From Podarcis pityusensis (lineage: Eukaryota), in NCBI GenBank assembly GCA_964106645.2, contig OZ067044.1: 64,000 nucleotides of DNA. The stretch is one strand, 5' to 3'. This document shows, piece after piece, positions 48,092-61,257 of the stretch. Numbering within the stretch: the stretch's first letter is position 1; the number at the start of each line of letters is the position of its first letter. The notes under the pieces were generated by a model. That model had not been told where the DNA came from. It was given only the letters and a program-made list of their open reading frames with translations, and did no database searches. Both the position numbers and the translations under genes were made by a program.

Positions 48092-51000
48092 ACTGCTGCT
48101 GTTAAACCTTCATTTATTCCAGTGGGACTTGTGTGGGAATCTTGTGCAAGCTGCACAGGAAGAAAGCTGTACAGGAAGAAAGTAGACTCACTGGTAGATT
48201 GCACCCAAAATCTGAATGAAAGGGATGAGATGGTGTGTAACTAATAAAAGATTATGAATACCACCATTCCCAAAACAATGCACTATGCTGAATGCTGGGG
48301 GAATGAAAAAGTTGCATAAGAAGGCAGGGGCTTAACAGCAACAGAGCTAATGTGTCAGTACAGTAAAGCCAAGCCTGTTTACTCAGGTACTAATTGAGAT
48401 CTTACCTAATTGAGATCTTACCTGCTTGCATTTGAATGTGTGAGGCCTTTCATCTTTTTGAGCCCAGTGAATTTTATTTTCTGCTTTTTTTGTTGTTGAC
48501 ATGATAAAGAAGACATAGAAAATGGAAAAAAATAACATATGCCATTCCCATACTAATCCACCCTCCACCCACCATGGTTTCGTTTGCTTCCCTATTATCC
48601 TTAGGGAATAGTTTTTCTATTCTGTCTAGGGAATAATATCCTAGGATAGAGGGAACAGTTTCCCTAGCATTTAAGGAGTTATCAAGCATCATTTAACGTA
48701 TAGGGTTGGTCAGTTCCGTATTAATTTAAAATATATGTCCATGCTACCTACTGTATCAACATCTTACAGACAACTTTTATTGCTATGCATTCAGCAGGTG
48801 ACTCACAAATCTATTCATTTAAGTTTATGCACCTACCTTCACCAAGCAAGACATCTGGTTAGGAGGGAAGCAAGGCACCTCTGGGAGAATCCTCATCTCA
48901 GGCTTTCTCCAATTTAGGCCCTTTACTTAGCATCACATTTTTATGGTCCTTTGTATTGCACTAAATATTAGGTGTGTGCACCAACCCCAAAATATGTGGT
49001 TCAGACCTCAGGGAACAGCCCACCTTGGTCTGAAGGGCTTTGGTAGCTGCTTAGTTCGGCTCTGGGTCTGAGGCCAAGTTCACTTCCAAAAAATCGAGCC
49101 TTTGTTTCTTCCCATTCACTTTGTGGGAAGTAAAACTGCTAAAACTCCCCCTCCCCCCACTTTTCATCAGAAATTGTTAAAATTTGCAGACCAAGTAGTC
49201 CCTTCAGAGTGGGTTATACCTTCCAAATTACAGGCAAGTAACTCCAGGTGTTCTTTTTTATTTTTGGTGCTAGGTGCCTTTTTAATTTATTTATTTTTTT
49301 AAGGAAATGTATATAACTTTTTTAAATTTTGGCAGAAATGTGTAGGCATCGGGGGGAGGCATTAAGGTGAGGGGATAAAGCCATTTCAGAAGGACAGCTG
49401 CAGAGATTTCCCCACAAGTGTAGCTTTTACAGAGTTTGGGGGGAGGTGTAGAATCTCTCCTGCAGTGTTTTGTGAGCAATTGGTCTGAAAATAGCATGAG
49501 GCATGAGAGAGGTGCCCCTGGGTAAGAAACCTGTCAAACTGCAGACCAGTTGGCTAGGCATCTTTTAAAAGTTGATTGGGCTGGGTGGGCTCAATTGAAA
49601 GGGATTCACTTTCTTCCCCCAAAGCCCTAGGATTGGAGATTCTGGGTTATATAAATCCCTTATGATTCTAAGCTTGACCTATCAGCTGCAACAGAGCTCT
49701 CTCTCTTCCCACCCTGGTATTTACACACTCTTTCTTGCTCTCACATGCACACACACAGAAAACCACTGGATGTAGATGGCAGTAGGCAAGAACCTGGTCA
49801 CATGTTTCCTGGAGTGGTGTGCTTGTTACTTCCTCTAGGGTTGTTTGCAGGCTAGTCTGCTAATAGCTACATGTTTCTGTGACCAGCTCTTGTTATTTAA
49901 GCCCAACCATGGGGGGTGGGAGTAGATTGCACACATCATAATTAGCAGTCTGCTGTGGGACAGGGTCCAAATGTTGTAAGAAAGACTCACATGACTAGGT
50001 TGGGGCATTTAAATGGTACAGCAGTTACTTAGGTGCCAGTTACAGAAAAGGGGTTCCATTGAGGCTAAGGTAACCTGGATAGAGCAGATTGCATGGTTGC
50101 CTTCCCCTTTGGTGACATACTTCATGGATCAGTAATAACAGCCAAGGGACCTGCCCTAACCAAGTGAGTGGAAGAGGGACTTGTTACCCAGAGCAACATG
50201 GGAGCAGCCACAGAGGTGGCAACCACATCACTCCTGGTAACACGAAAAAGAGGACCCAACAGTATCTAGTGGCATTCTTCATGCTGCCTGAAAACGTTAA
50301 TGAATACCAAAAAAATACAGCAAAAGAAAAGGGCAATGTATCAAAACGGCTTTGTGTCAAGCCTTTGCATATCAGCATGACCAACAAATGTGCTTATTTA
50401 TAATATTTAGAAAAACAAATAATGCTTCAGAGGTAGCCGGCAGTTCTCTGTAGTCTGGTCTGGCCATTCCCTCCACCCCCTTGGTTTCTTCTGTAGGCAG
50501 CTCTTGAGACACTTGCTCTACATCCTGAGCAAAAATTAGTTGATGAAAGAGTTGTCAGTAATGCTCCATTCGTATGACTGATCCACTGTACTGTGGAATT
50601 CATATTGACTGACTGCTTGTCTCACTGTTAAAAGATTGTTTTCCCTGTAGATGTGACTTTAGAACAGGTAGCATTTAGTTTATGCTGCATGAAGTGTCCA
50701 TGAAGTATCCTCTTTCAATTTTACCAATTTTTGTTTTTTTTGTGTAGAACTCGATGGTAGATATACCAGTACTTCCACCAGTTCCAGAAGTCCCAGACGG
50801 GTGGGAAATACTAGTAGGTATTTAACATCAATGACAGAGAAAGCTATCTCTTGAAATATCACCAACGCTTAAAAAATAATAATACACTTGACACAGCAAT
50901 ACTGATTAAGAGAATCAGTGCTTTAAAATAGGCCAAAAACCTTTTGATTTCAACTAAAGTACATTTTCCATAATGTTAATGTGACTCTTATTCATCATAC

Positions 51001-52799
51001 TTCTCCCCTCCCTCAGAAACACATAGCTTTAACCATCAATTTTACTATAATTTTATGTGATTTACTGCTGAAAGGCAGGGTAAGGAACTTATTTCAGAGA
51101 CAGAAATGTCATACAAGCACACAATTAGAACCTAGAACTTGAGGGGATGTCCACAAAAGCTTAAAACATTTCATGACTTGCTCCCCAAGGAACTTAGAAA
51201 TTGTAGTAGCTCTTGGAGCGAGGTGAGTAATCTCTTACAGAGAATTCTGAACATCCTCATAGAACTACAGTATCCAAGGTGCCTGGGGAAGAATTGGTAT
51301 AATAGCTGCTTGCAATATAGACACACACCTAATTTAACTACATTGTAATTCTGAGTACTATATGAGCCCTGATTCCACACTGACTATGGCATGGTTCAGA
51401 CTTTATGATGTGGTTGCCATTCACCAGGCAAAGTTCTCAGTTCACAGTAATATTGCTTGAAACTCAGCATCACATGGGTCTCCTGGAATTCAGTGTACTT
51501 CCCACACCAGTATCTCTCCTTGTTTGGGATGTGACACAGGTGGCCCCCAGGGAACAGCTGATGTACATGGACACCAACAAAGGGAAAGCATTGATAGTGG
51601 GCTTATGCGTTTACTTAGAAATACTCAACTTTCTTTAGTGAGAACAGGATAAGACATTTGGCATGGGTGCATGTGGAGCTTACACACACACACAAAGACA
51701 AACACACACTAGGGTATGACATAGAAGACAGGTGTATTTTAATAGCTTCATTTTTGTTATGTTTTAGAACCTACTTGGCAAAAGAAAAATCTTGGGTATT
51801 TTCCTTCCTCAGAATCGTTAGCAGAACTTTTTTTTTATTATACTTAATTTTCATTCAGTCAAATGTTTTGAATATAAGTGAACCAATAATCATGGCAAGC
51901 TCGGAACATGTACCCAATAACACAAAGAAATCTAAGCTCTTTGGGAATAATGTTTAAAGATTTCAGATCCATATAGACATATGGATCTTTGAATTCCCAG
52001 GCACTTATTACCTATCCCACCTGTCTCTGGCTTACTGAGCCCAAATGGGGTTTCCTCAACCCACCTGTTCCCCAGGTTGGGTTGGCTTAGCTAGAAACAT
52101 GGAAGAGACCAAAGTTCATGTCCTCCATTCTTCTACCCAAAGATAGAACTATCTCCCATACATCACCTTCAGACAGTTCTAGCCCCTGGCTTCCAGTCAG
52201 CTGCTGCACTATAATAACATGCAGCTTAATCCCATGGGAATCCTGTCCTGCCCTTTCCCACTGCTTCTGGCACCCCTGTTTATTTCTTCTCTATAACATT
52301 AGGTCCTCCATCCCTTCCTTTTGTAATTTATTGGCTCCAAAAGCTGCAAAAATACATGCACTGTATTAACAACCCTGTAGAGGGAAAGTCCATTCCATCT
52401 GCTGCGGAAGCAGAGCTACTGCCTCTAACAAATTGTTGCTCTAGGCATTTGTCTAGGGTCATCTACTATAACTTCAGTCTTGCTAGAACTGAGAGCTAGG
52501 AACTGGCACTTTATTCCACTTAAGTTACCAATATTTGGTGTGAGTGGGAGAGCGGGAGACATACTGCTTCAGTTAGTTCAAAGTCTAAATTCAGACCAAT
52601 AATTTCTGTTGCACTTCTTTTAAAGAAATAAAGAAAGGGAAATACAGAGATCATTTTTAGAGTATTCCATATAACATAGGGCACAATGGCAACAGCGTAA
52701 TGTAACTTTGTGATGCATACCCAATTTCCCTCTTACGATACAGTCTATTTCTGACTACCAGATGCTAGAAGCTAACAATAGAGAAAGCTATCATGATGA

Positions 52800-52900
52800 T
52801 TCCCTGCTTGTGATCTTCCCTGTGGCATCTTTTGTCTGCAGTTAAGAGGACAGAATGCTTGACTAGAATTACCATTAGTGTGCCCCAGCATGGCATTTCT
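52800..52900 (+). mobile_element. Degenerate L2/LF-type 3' tail
   Basis: CTTCCCTGTGGCATCT...GACAGAATGCTTGACTAGA...CCCCAGCATGGCATTTCTT. Confidence 0.5.
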
Positions 52901-52901
52901 T

Positions 52902-53095
52902 GGGAAGAGGCCACAGCTCAGTGGTAGAGCTCACGCTTTGCATGCAGAAGGTCCCTGGTTCGGTCCCTGGCATCTCAAGTTTAAAAAAAGGAACTTGAGT
53001 AACAGGGTTGGGAAAGATCTCTGCCAGTTAATATGGATTGCACCGGGCTACGTGGCTAATTGTGTAACTAATGAAATACAGCTTTATGTGTCTTT
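52902..53095 (+). mobile_element. Squam2-like SINE with a tRNA-Ala(TGC)-derived head
   Basis: A box AGCTCAGTGGTAGAGC, TTTGCATG loop, B box GGTTCGGTCCC, then GGTTGGGAAAGATCTCTGCC and a CAGCTTTATGTG tail. Confidence 0.8.
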
Positions 53096-53262
53096 GTGTT
53101 TTCACTGCCCACTTGTAATCAAATCAAATGTATAGAAAATGCATGTCATACGCGGTCTTCAGGCTGTGGGGGGTAAATCACATTTGAATGTTCTTCCTAT
53201 GTTTTTATAAAAAGCCTTTCTGCACACAGAAACATAGCAGGTTAGCTTTCCATATGCAAGGA

Positions 53263-53296
53263 TTTGTTTGTTTGTTTGTTTGTTTGTTTGTTTGTT
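53263..53296. repeat. (TTTG)n microsatellite
   Basis: Read directly from the sequence. Confidence 0.95.
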
Positions 53297-54389
53297 GACA
53301 CGTAGGAGTATTCATACATGCACTCCCTGACCATTCCAAGGTGGTGCAGCCTGCAGAATGTTTTATATCCTTCTCCCTGATGTGCTAGTTTTCTTCATGC
53401 AAGGAGTTTCTCACAGGGGAGATTTAGATATGTCCTGCCACCTGCAGGATCAAGTGGTATGATCCAAGAAGGACCATGTGTTGTTGTTTTTAAAATTCAG
53501 TATGTTGTAATACTTTTCTGAAGCCTAAGTATAAGATAAGTGTTGGTTTTTTTAAAAAAAATCGACCAGCTTGCTCCATGTCCAAAAATAAAGAATTGAT
53601 AATTATTTAAACTTTAGTCTATATTTTTGCAGTAGCAGATTCTTCCAGGACTGTAAACATTTCCCTCCAGCAAATCCCAGCTGTATATTTGATTTTAGTA
53701 TCTCCATTTCCTTGCTGCTATATGCCTGAATTGTGGGGTTTGGGGTGATAATTCTTGAGAAATTGTAAATGACAGAAGGCCCATTACAATCAGGGAGGAA
53801 TGATGAGCATATGCTGGAAGTCTTCAGGCAATGTTAATTTCTGTATTAAGTCTTTAAATGTGTGCTCTTTGCCTAGGTGAAACGGGTGGGGGTGGGAAAT
53901 AAGTGTTGGTTTGATACAGCTGTGAACACTTTGGAGAGCCAGAAAACTGCAGGCCATTTGATTCCCAAGTTAAAGAGAGGAAACAGAGTTTGACCAACAG
54001 GTATTAAGAGGGCCTTATCCTATAGACGTATTCATCTGACTTGGTGAACAGAGGAGAGACTATATAGGGACCTTTCAGTATGAATTGCCACAACATGCTC
54101 CAACTACATTTTATCCGTTGCCTGGTATTCCCATTGGTCTCACCCAGCGACTCCAGTGCAGTGTCCCATCAGCACATAGTGGACAGGGAAGACAGCTTTG
54201 TTGCAGGGTGCATGTAGCAGGTATGTTACTATTCACGCTCTTCTTTAAAAAGCCAAGATACGCGGCTAGACACAGGGCCAGATCAAGTCCCGATAGCAGA
54301 AGCTTGTGCAAGGATTTCTGCTGGCCCAAGTGGGATTTCCCCTCCTCCCCTTTGCCCCATGCCCCCCAGTCGCTTTTGGGGTGTCAGGA

Positions 54390-54390
<1 letters not shown>

Positions 54391-54424
<34 letters not shown>
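54391..54424. repeat. (AC)17 microsatellite
   Basis: Read directly from the sequence. Confidence 0.95.
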
Positions 54425-54426
<2 letters not shown>

Positions 54427-55082
54427 CGCCGCCGCCCAACAGTACTCAAGGGAAAGAGAGGGGATATCATTCTATCTGGCAAGCTGAAATGCTTGCACTA
54501 ATGAAATAATTGCCATAGCAGTATGTTGCAATCCTTGGGAGGCAATAGAACATTAAAAACCAACAACAGTAAGTGGTTTGCAAAATTGTAGAACAGAAGG
54601 GGCGTGTCTCTACTACTATGATGCATGTCTCTGTGAACTTAGGGTTGTAATTCTAGACACTTACCTAGGTAAAGCCCATTAAACTCAAAGGTCCTTACTT
54701 CTGACTCTGATAGGTAGTTGCTGGATGAGCAATCTGGAGTTGGGATAGCACAGTAGCAGACTGCTGTTTTAGGATTAATATTGTATAAGAACGGTCTTAT
54801 TTGGTTTAATTTAAACTATATTTTACATTTCCTTGCAGCTGATTTTTTAAAAAAATCTATGTTTGACTGTTCTTAATTGCATAAAAAAAATTAAAATACA
54901 GTATATGCATGCGTGAGAAAGTTTTGTCAAATGTCGCTAATAATATTTCAGGAATGTCCAGTAGGTGCTTCCTGATGTTCTAGCACCCACTTTACACATG
55001 AAAAGCAAGGCATGTATTAACAAGACATTTTTCCAGAACCAAAACATGGTACTTTGAGAGTGCACAAAATCTATCATCCATG

Positions 55083-55220
55083 CAGTGGCTCTCAACCTGT
55101 GGGTCCCCAGATGTTGTTGGACTACAACTCCCATCATCCCTGAGCTCTGGCCTTGTTAGCTAGGGGTGATGAGAGTTGCAGTTCAACATCATCTGGGGAC
55201 CCACAGGTTGAGAAAGGCTC
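55083..55220. mobile_element. hAT-type hairpin MITE
   Basis: Arms TCTCAACCTGTGGGTCCCCAGATG / CATCTGGGGACCCACAGGTTGAGA, with the same core as 2972-3107. Confidence 0.88.
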
Positions 55221-57152
55221 CTCCAAGGTATGGAACAAACGTAAGCAAAATAGAACAGAAGTCCAACTGTAAAACCCGCTTTATTTGTTATACAGCCTGC
55301 CTCTTCCATGCAACAGCCTCCACAGCGTGTTACACACATGAAGTGCACCACGCAATTTAATGGGCAGCAGAGCTGTGGCTGTTGTCCTAACCCGAGCAAC
55401 ATGTGGTTTCCCTCTGTTCATCTGTTAGATGTGGACATCTGAGAAATGGAAGCCTGGCCACATAGAGGTCTATGCATGTAAGCTTCCCCTGGAGCTGGAG
55501 CCATGTGTGATCAGGGTTCCAGCTCTCGGGAAACACTACAATACACAGAGGTCTGCACCGCTATTCTTTAGCGCAGCAACCATTATCACAGAATAACTAG
55601 GTGCCATGAGTGGGGGAAGCCATGTGTCATCAAGGCCCATTGCCTTTTCCATGGTATGTACCCCTTTGTGTCATGAAGGGAGCTCATGACATTCTTGGGA
55701 ACTTCACCATACTAGGTTTCTCCCCCCCCCCCCTGCTTTCATTGTGGCAGAAGCACACTGGACTGAAGACTAAGCCTGCTTACCTTAATATGTATCAGAT
55801 CAGAGGCTCAGCAAATGGTCTGGGAGCACCAGACTAATGCTCAGCAGGTGTAGATCTGATAGGTAATATGGACAGGAGGCAACTGGGTATTCTATGCTTT
55901 TAATTGTTGCTGTTATCAGTTATCTTTTTTGAATTGGAAAGCTACAGATCCAAAACTCATTTCTTTTCTATGAACCAGAAAGCTTAATTGTATTATAGTC
56001 CTTCTTCTTCCTCTTTCTCCCCCTCCCCTTCCAAAGAACCAGTTCATGTTTTTCCTCTCTGGGGAAACTTCCATGCATTCATCTCCAACTACAGCCCCAC
56101 ATGGATGTAGCCCTTGTGAATGGCTTCCTCGTGCAGCACTCTTTTCCATCACCACACATGAGAAAGGGCCTAAAAATAAGTATTCTGGCAACAGTGCACA
56201 TGGGGAACCCATAATTAGTGTCCTCAGCTTAGATCTCTTGCTTGAGATGACTGCTCAGAAGTCACTTTGTTTCTGACTGGGGGAAAATGGTTGTGTGAAT
56301 CAGCACTACAGCAGCTCCTGGGTACCTAATTTGCAAGCTGTATTTTTATCTTAATCCATGCAAGCAGTTGCCTAGAAATTCCATAGAATTGCTTATTCCT
56401 CACCTATAACTCTTAATAAAAAATAGGACCGTGCCAACCTATTAAATCCTTAATAGAATATTCTAATGGTTATTAAATCAATTGACTCTGAATCTCACTT
56501 TAATAAATGAGTCAGACAGTATTTTCCAATTACTGTCATCCACCACCTTTCTAAAGAGCAGATTATTCTGATTGAATTTTTTTAAGCTGTTCAGCACTTT
56601 TAAGATCCCCTCCCTAATACATTTGCTGAAAGAATGTAGCTTTGAAGTGGATATAGGAGAGAGGAAGAATGACCTCTTGAAGGGATGTTCTGGCACTCCA
56701 CTTCACTTCATATTTATCCCAGGTGTAAACTGCCAGGGTAGCTTTTCACTGTCTGTTTGTTTAGTTGTGACTTTCAGTATTTTCTAAATTTTTAAGATTT
56801 TCTGTGGCTAGAGAGGGCGTGTGGGTGAGGGTGCAAAACAGCTTTCCTTCCAGTCATCATTCGACTTCTTCTAATCTTGTATTTACAAGGAGCAACAGGA
56901 ACTGAAATGTTACGGTGGACGAACTGTAGAAGTGTATGCAGCTGACCTTTCCAAAGTCAATTGTTTTAAAAAGGTGTCTGAAAACCAAGGTATTTTCAGA
57001 AGGTATTTTCAGAAGGGTTGCAGTCATCCTGGGCCAGATAGTCACTTGGTGTTTCCTCCACTGGGTCAGTCACAGTTCATTGCTGTTGCTGCCCATAGCA
57101 CTTTTACTTTCCTAAAATGTAGTGCGGATCAAAGTGGAAAATGAGGGGAATA

Positions 57153-57392
57153 CAGTGGTACCTCTGGATGTGAACGGGATCCGTTCCGGAGCCCCATTTG
57201 CATCCTGATGTAAACGCAACCTGCACGTGCGCTGGTCGCGATTCACCGCTTCTGCGCATGTGTGTGACCTTATTTTGAGCGTCTGCGTGAGCGGCAAAAC
57301 CCAGAAGTAACGCTTTCCGTTACTTCCAGGTCGCCGTGGAGCGCAACCCGAAAATGCTCAGCCCAAAGCATATTTAACCCGAGGTATGACTG
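57153..57392. mobile_element. Tigger/pogo-like MITE, 240 bp (distinct subfamily)
   Basis: TIRs CAGTGGTACCTC / GAGGTATGACTG, with TA on both flanks. Confidence 0.88.
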
Positions 57393-57474
57393 TATGTGAG
57401 TTAACAGCTTTACAGAAATATTGCATATGGTCCAAGAAACTAGGTGCATTTTACTTTACTTACTGTAGATCACA

Positions 57475-57631
57475 CATACCTCAGTTGGTAGGGTATGAGA
57501 CCCTTAATCTCAGGGTAGTGGTGGTGGTGGTGGTTATTTGAACCTCACACTGGGCAAAGTTTCTTGCATTGCAGGGGATTGGGTAGATGACCCTTGTGGT
57601 CCCTTCCAACTCAACAGTTCTATGATTCTAT
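57475..57631 (+). mobile_element. Squam3-like SINE (tRNA-Lys-like head plus CR1-type tail)
   Basis: CTCAGTTGGTAG...GAGACCCTTAATCTCAGGGT...TGCATTGCAGGGGATTGG.TAGATGACCCT...GGTCCCTTCCAACTC...TTCTATGATTCTAT. Confidence 0.85.
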
Positions 57632-59196
57632 ACACAAAGAAAAAAGTAAACCTGCCTAAGCTAATAATTAAGGCAGTGTAAAGGCAGATATCTTCACTAG
57701 TAGTATTCCCTCTAATTACAAAAGTGAAAACTTTTATTAGTCAACAAAACGAGTGGTGGGACCTCGATCATCCCCCATAGGAATACTTTGTGAAATACCC
57801 CTTGCTTTCTGTTGCTTTGTAGTGCCTGACATTGCTGATTTGCATTTGGCTAGCATTTCAGAGGTTGGCATTGCTTATCTTCACCTTGACGGATGAAAGA
57901 TCCAGAGCTGAGCTCCTTTCTTTCCTCTTGCTTTAAGTGTGCATATCAACACAAATATTCATGGGGAAAAATTCCCTCCTAAGATTACTCAGTGCATAAT
58001 ATGGCTATTATGGGGATTTCCACCTTCCTCTGAAGCAGCTGTTACTGACCACTGTCATAGGCCAGATACTAGATGCTCGGCCTAATCTTCTATTACACTA
58101 TTAATTTCACAATTTTAAGATATTAAAAATCAGGATTGATGTGAGGACTAGGCATTTACTCTGTCTTCTTAACAATATCTGCATTCAACCCTACTGTGAT
58201 ATATGTGATAAAATGTGGACTTGGTGAACATACGTCTTACATTTTAGAAAAACATTGAATTTTATTTGGAAATAAAGTTTAAATTCAGGAAACAAAAAAA
58301 GGAAGGATACGTAATACAACAAGATAATTAAGGAAAGAAAGAAACTCACTGATTACACTTCTTAATATATTGCATTTCTGCCATGTATTAACCTGAATCA
58401 GTTTATGAATACATATATGCTTACCTAATGGTCCATCTAACTGTCCTAGATCATGAGCTGGAAGAAGAACGAGCTACTTCGGACTTCTTCCCTGGCTATG
58501 TAATGACATCAAAGTATCCGCTGTCATAAACATGGAGGAAGTGACAAATGCTTCCTCTCACATTGGTACAGTTGAGCTTTAGCAAGCCGTAAGCACATCT
58601 AGAATCTCAAGACTACACAGCTTAGAGCAAGAGTGGCCAAGACAGATGTTGTGGCCATTCACACCTGTCTCAGCCAGCATGGCCACTGGGCACCATGTTA
58701 ACTGTACTTGGCCTAAAGGCTGTGCAATTGCTGGTGTTGTTTTTGACTGGCCTGAGCATTTGCCATGAGAACAGGGGTTGGTAACTAGTGGAAATGCTGT
58801 TACCTATCACTAGTAGCATTGTTTCCCAACCACTGGGTCAGGCAGCACCTAGATCCCTTGCTAGAGTTCAGGAAGCCAGTGTAGCAGTTTTTTAATTGTG
58901 CATGTGTACACTAAGATTAAATTAGAGTTCAGGTAACTGTGAACCAAAGCATCAGAAATATAAATCAATTTACTTTTCCCTGTTTTAGATGGATATAATC
59001 TGGTAGAATAGCCAACCGATGGCCATTTAGGCTGCAAGTTATATATTATCTGTTCATTTGGTTGTTAGCCTCTTCAGTTTTCATTCATTTCTATATCAGT
59101 CATAGCTACCAGTCATATTAAGCAAACTATGCTTAGGAAGATGTGCTTTAAAAAATCCTTTCCCTCTAATCTTGCTTGAATGTTGTACCAGGGACA

Positions 59197-59198
<2 letters not shown>

Positions 59199-59230
<32 letters not shown>
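59199..59230. repeat. (TG)16 microsatellite
   Basis: Read directly from the sequence. Confidence 0.95.
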
Positions 59231-59233
<3 letters not shown>

Positions 59234-61257
59234 ATTAATCGGATAGTGATTTTACCTGCAAGATCAAACTATTTGTATAACACACTAGTGACATACAGAA
59301 GGACCTTTCCTGAGATCTGCTGAGGGAATTGAACCCTGTACAACAGAGCTGGAAGTTGCATCTTACCTAGCAACTGTTTCTAAGTAGGACAACCTATCAC
59401 TGTTCCCATGGCAGAATGAAAGGAGCTTGCAACACTGTTGGGAAGAAAGACTAATGGTAGGCCTAAGATGGAAGGGAGGGGGGAGGGCACCAAGGGCCTG
59501 CAGCGCAGAGCAGGGAGGGTTTTAGGATCAATTTGGTGGTGCTAGGATTGCCTGTAGCTGAACAAATAAAAGACCATTGAGGCTAGTAGGATAGTTATTA
59601 ATAATAAAGTGTATCGTGGGTGAGCGGGGGGGGGGAGAGACTAGTTCAAGCATTAAAGATACTGGGTAATTAGTTGTCATAGGAAAAGATTTCAGATGCC
59701 ATACAAATTTAGAGACAACTCCCCCACCCTCTTGATGTGATACCAAAAATTAACATAACAGCTCACAGAATTGAAATAAAAATAAAAATCCTGAATTTTC
59801 TTATCCACCCCCCCCCCCCAAAAATCATCAGTATATGCAAATTCTTAGCTACTAAAGATCAACCCAAATAGCAAGGATTTGCACAGCATTTTTGGTTGTC
59901 ATATAGAGAAAAGGCTCGAGTGGAAGGATACATATGAAAGTTCAAGATAGAAAGGGAAGTCTAGGATGGGGATTTTTTGTGAGTATACTTGCTGGCTGCT
60001 CTATTGAGAATTTGCATATTACAGTACATAATAATATACTCTGCAGTCAATCTGTTTAACTAAAAGGTGTTTGACCTCTCTCTCTCTCACTCTCACTCTC
60101 CTCCCCCCATTACTTGGAAAAGCCAGTGCTAATTTTTGGGGTGCACCTTAACTGATATGGGTTAATGGCAACAAGGGGCCTGACAGTATATCTGCCTACC
60201 CTTATTTTGGCATAGCCAATGGGATAGAATGATGCCATATCTAGTCAAGGCCATTGAGTTGTACCTATCGTATTTAACTGACTTAAAATCGGGTGTACCA
60301 GCATTTATGTTAGCAGGTATCAAGTGCTATTGCATGTGTGCACCATACTTCTAATTGGTGAATAAATATTTGGGGAGGTGTAGCGGTTGCTGATTGGAAC
60401 AAGATGAAAAGCTGCTTAGTACATGAAGTATATCATTCATGATCCTGCATAAAATCTAATCCTGGAATTCTTTAGCAAGAGATTGGGTTTCAAGCATCGC
60501 AAGGGACAATAAACTTTTCTCATATTTTTCCCACTAGATGAAGGACTAAACCACGAGTGCAAGCTCTGCAACCAGACATTTGATTCTCCTGCCAAACTAC
60601 AGTGCCATCTGATAGAACACAGCTTTGAAGGAATGGGAGGGACCTTCAAATGTCCAGTCTGCTTTACAGGTGAGTATTCAGGAACTGTTCATTTTATTCA
60701 TGCACATTCTCAAATGATGCCATTTATGCCAGACATTGACTTCAGGTCAGCTTGCATCCAAGTATTAGATTTGTGCTCCTTAGTGGTATTGATTAGGAAT
60801 TATTTTAAAAGTCAAGTGTGCAGAAAGATTGGACCTCCATCTACCTGAATTGCTTTTACAAGCACACCTCTCGCACAATACGTTTTTATCGTATCAATAG
60901 GGTAGGTTCCAGAGACCCAATGTGCTGAGCAGAAGGTTCCAATTTCTGCCTGTTTCCTCCCCTCTACTGTATCTCATCTTCCACATGCCACACTGCTCTA
61001 ACCATAAAGTGAGATGAATCCCCATTGTATCCTGCTACATTCCTATCTGATGTACATACATTCTCAAAGGAAGATCACGTGTCTGTGGGGCTGTTGGAAT
61101 ACTTGTTTTCAGCAGAGCATTCTCAGGTCATGCGCCATTTAAGCTGATTGGCCTCTGTGTCTTCATGTCTGCATGTAGAACCAGGCACACGTTGACCCAA
61201 GAAGCCACTGTTAATTGCTCACGTTTGAGGTGGTAGGGGATCTTCTACATATTCCTG

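Noticed and set aside
52908-52980. tRNA-Ala(TGC)-like gene
   Set aside because: The stems are degenerate and the sequence continues into a Squam2-like body, so it is a SINE head rather than a functional tRNA.
58450-58530. Short open stretch HELEEERATSDFFPGYVMTSKYPLS* after a TAG
   Set aside because: The acceptor is weak, I recognise no homology, and the context looks like an A-rich LINE remnant.
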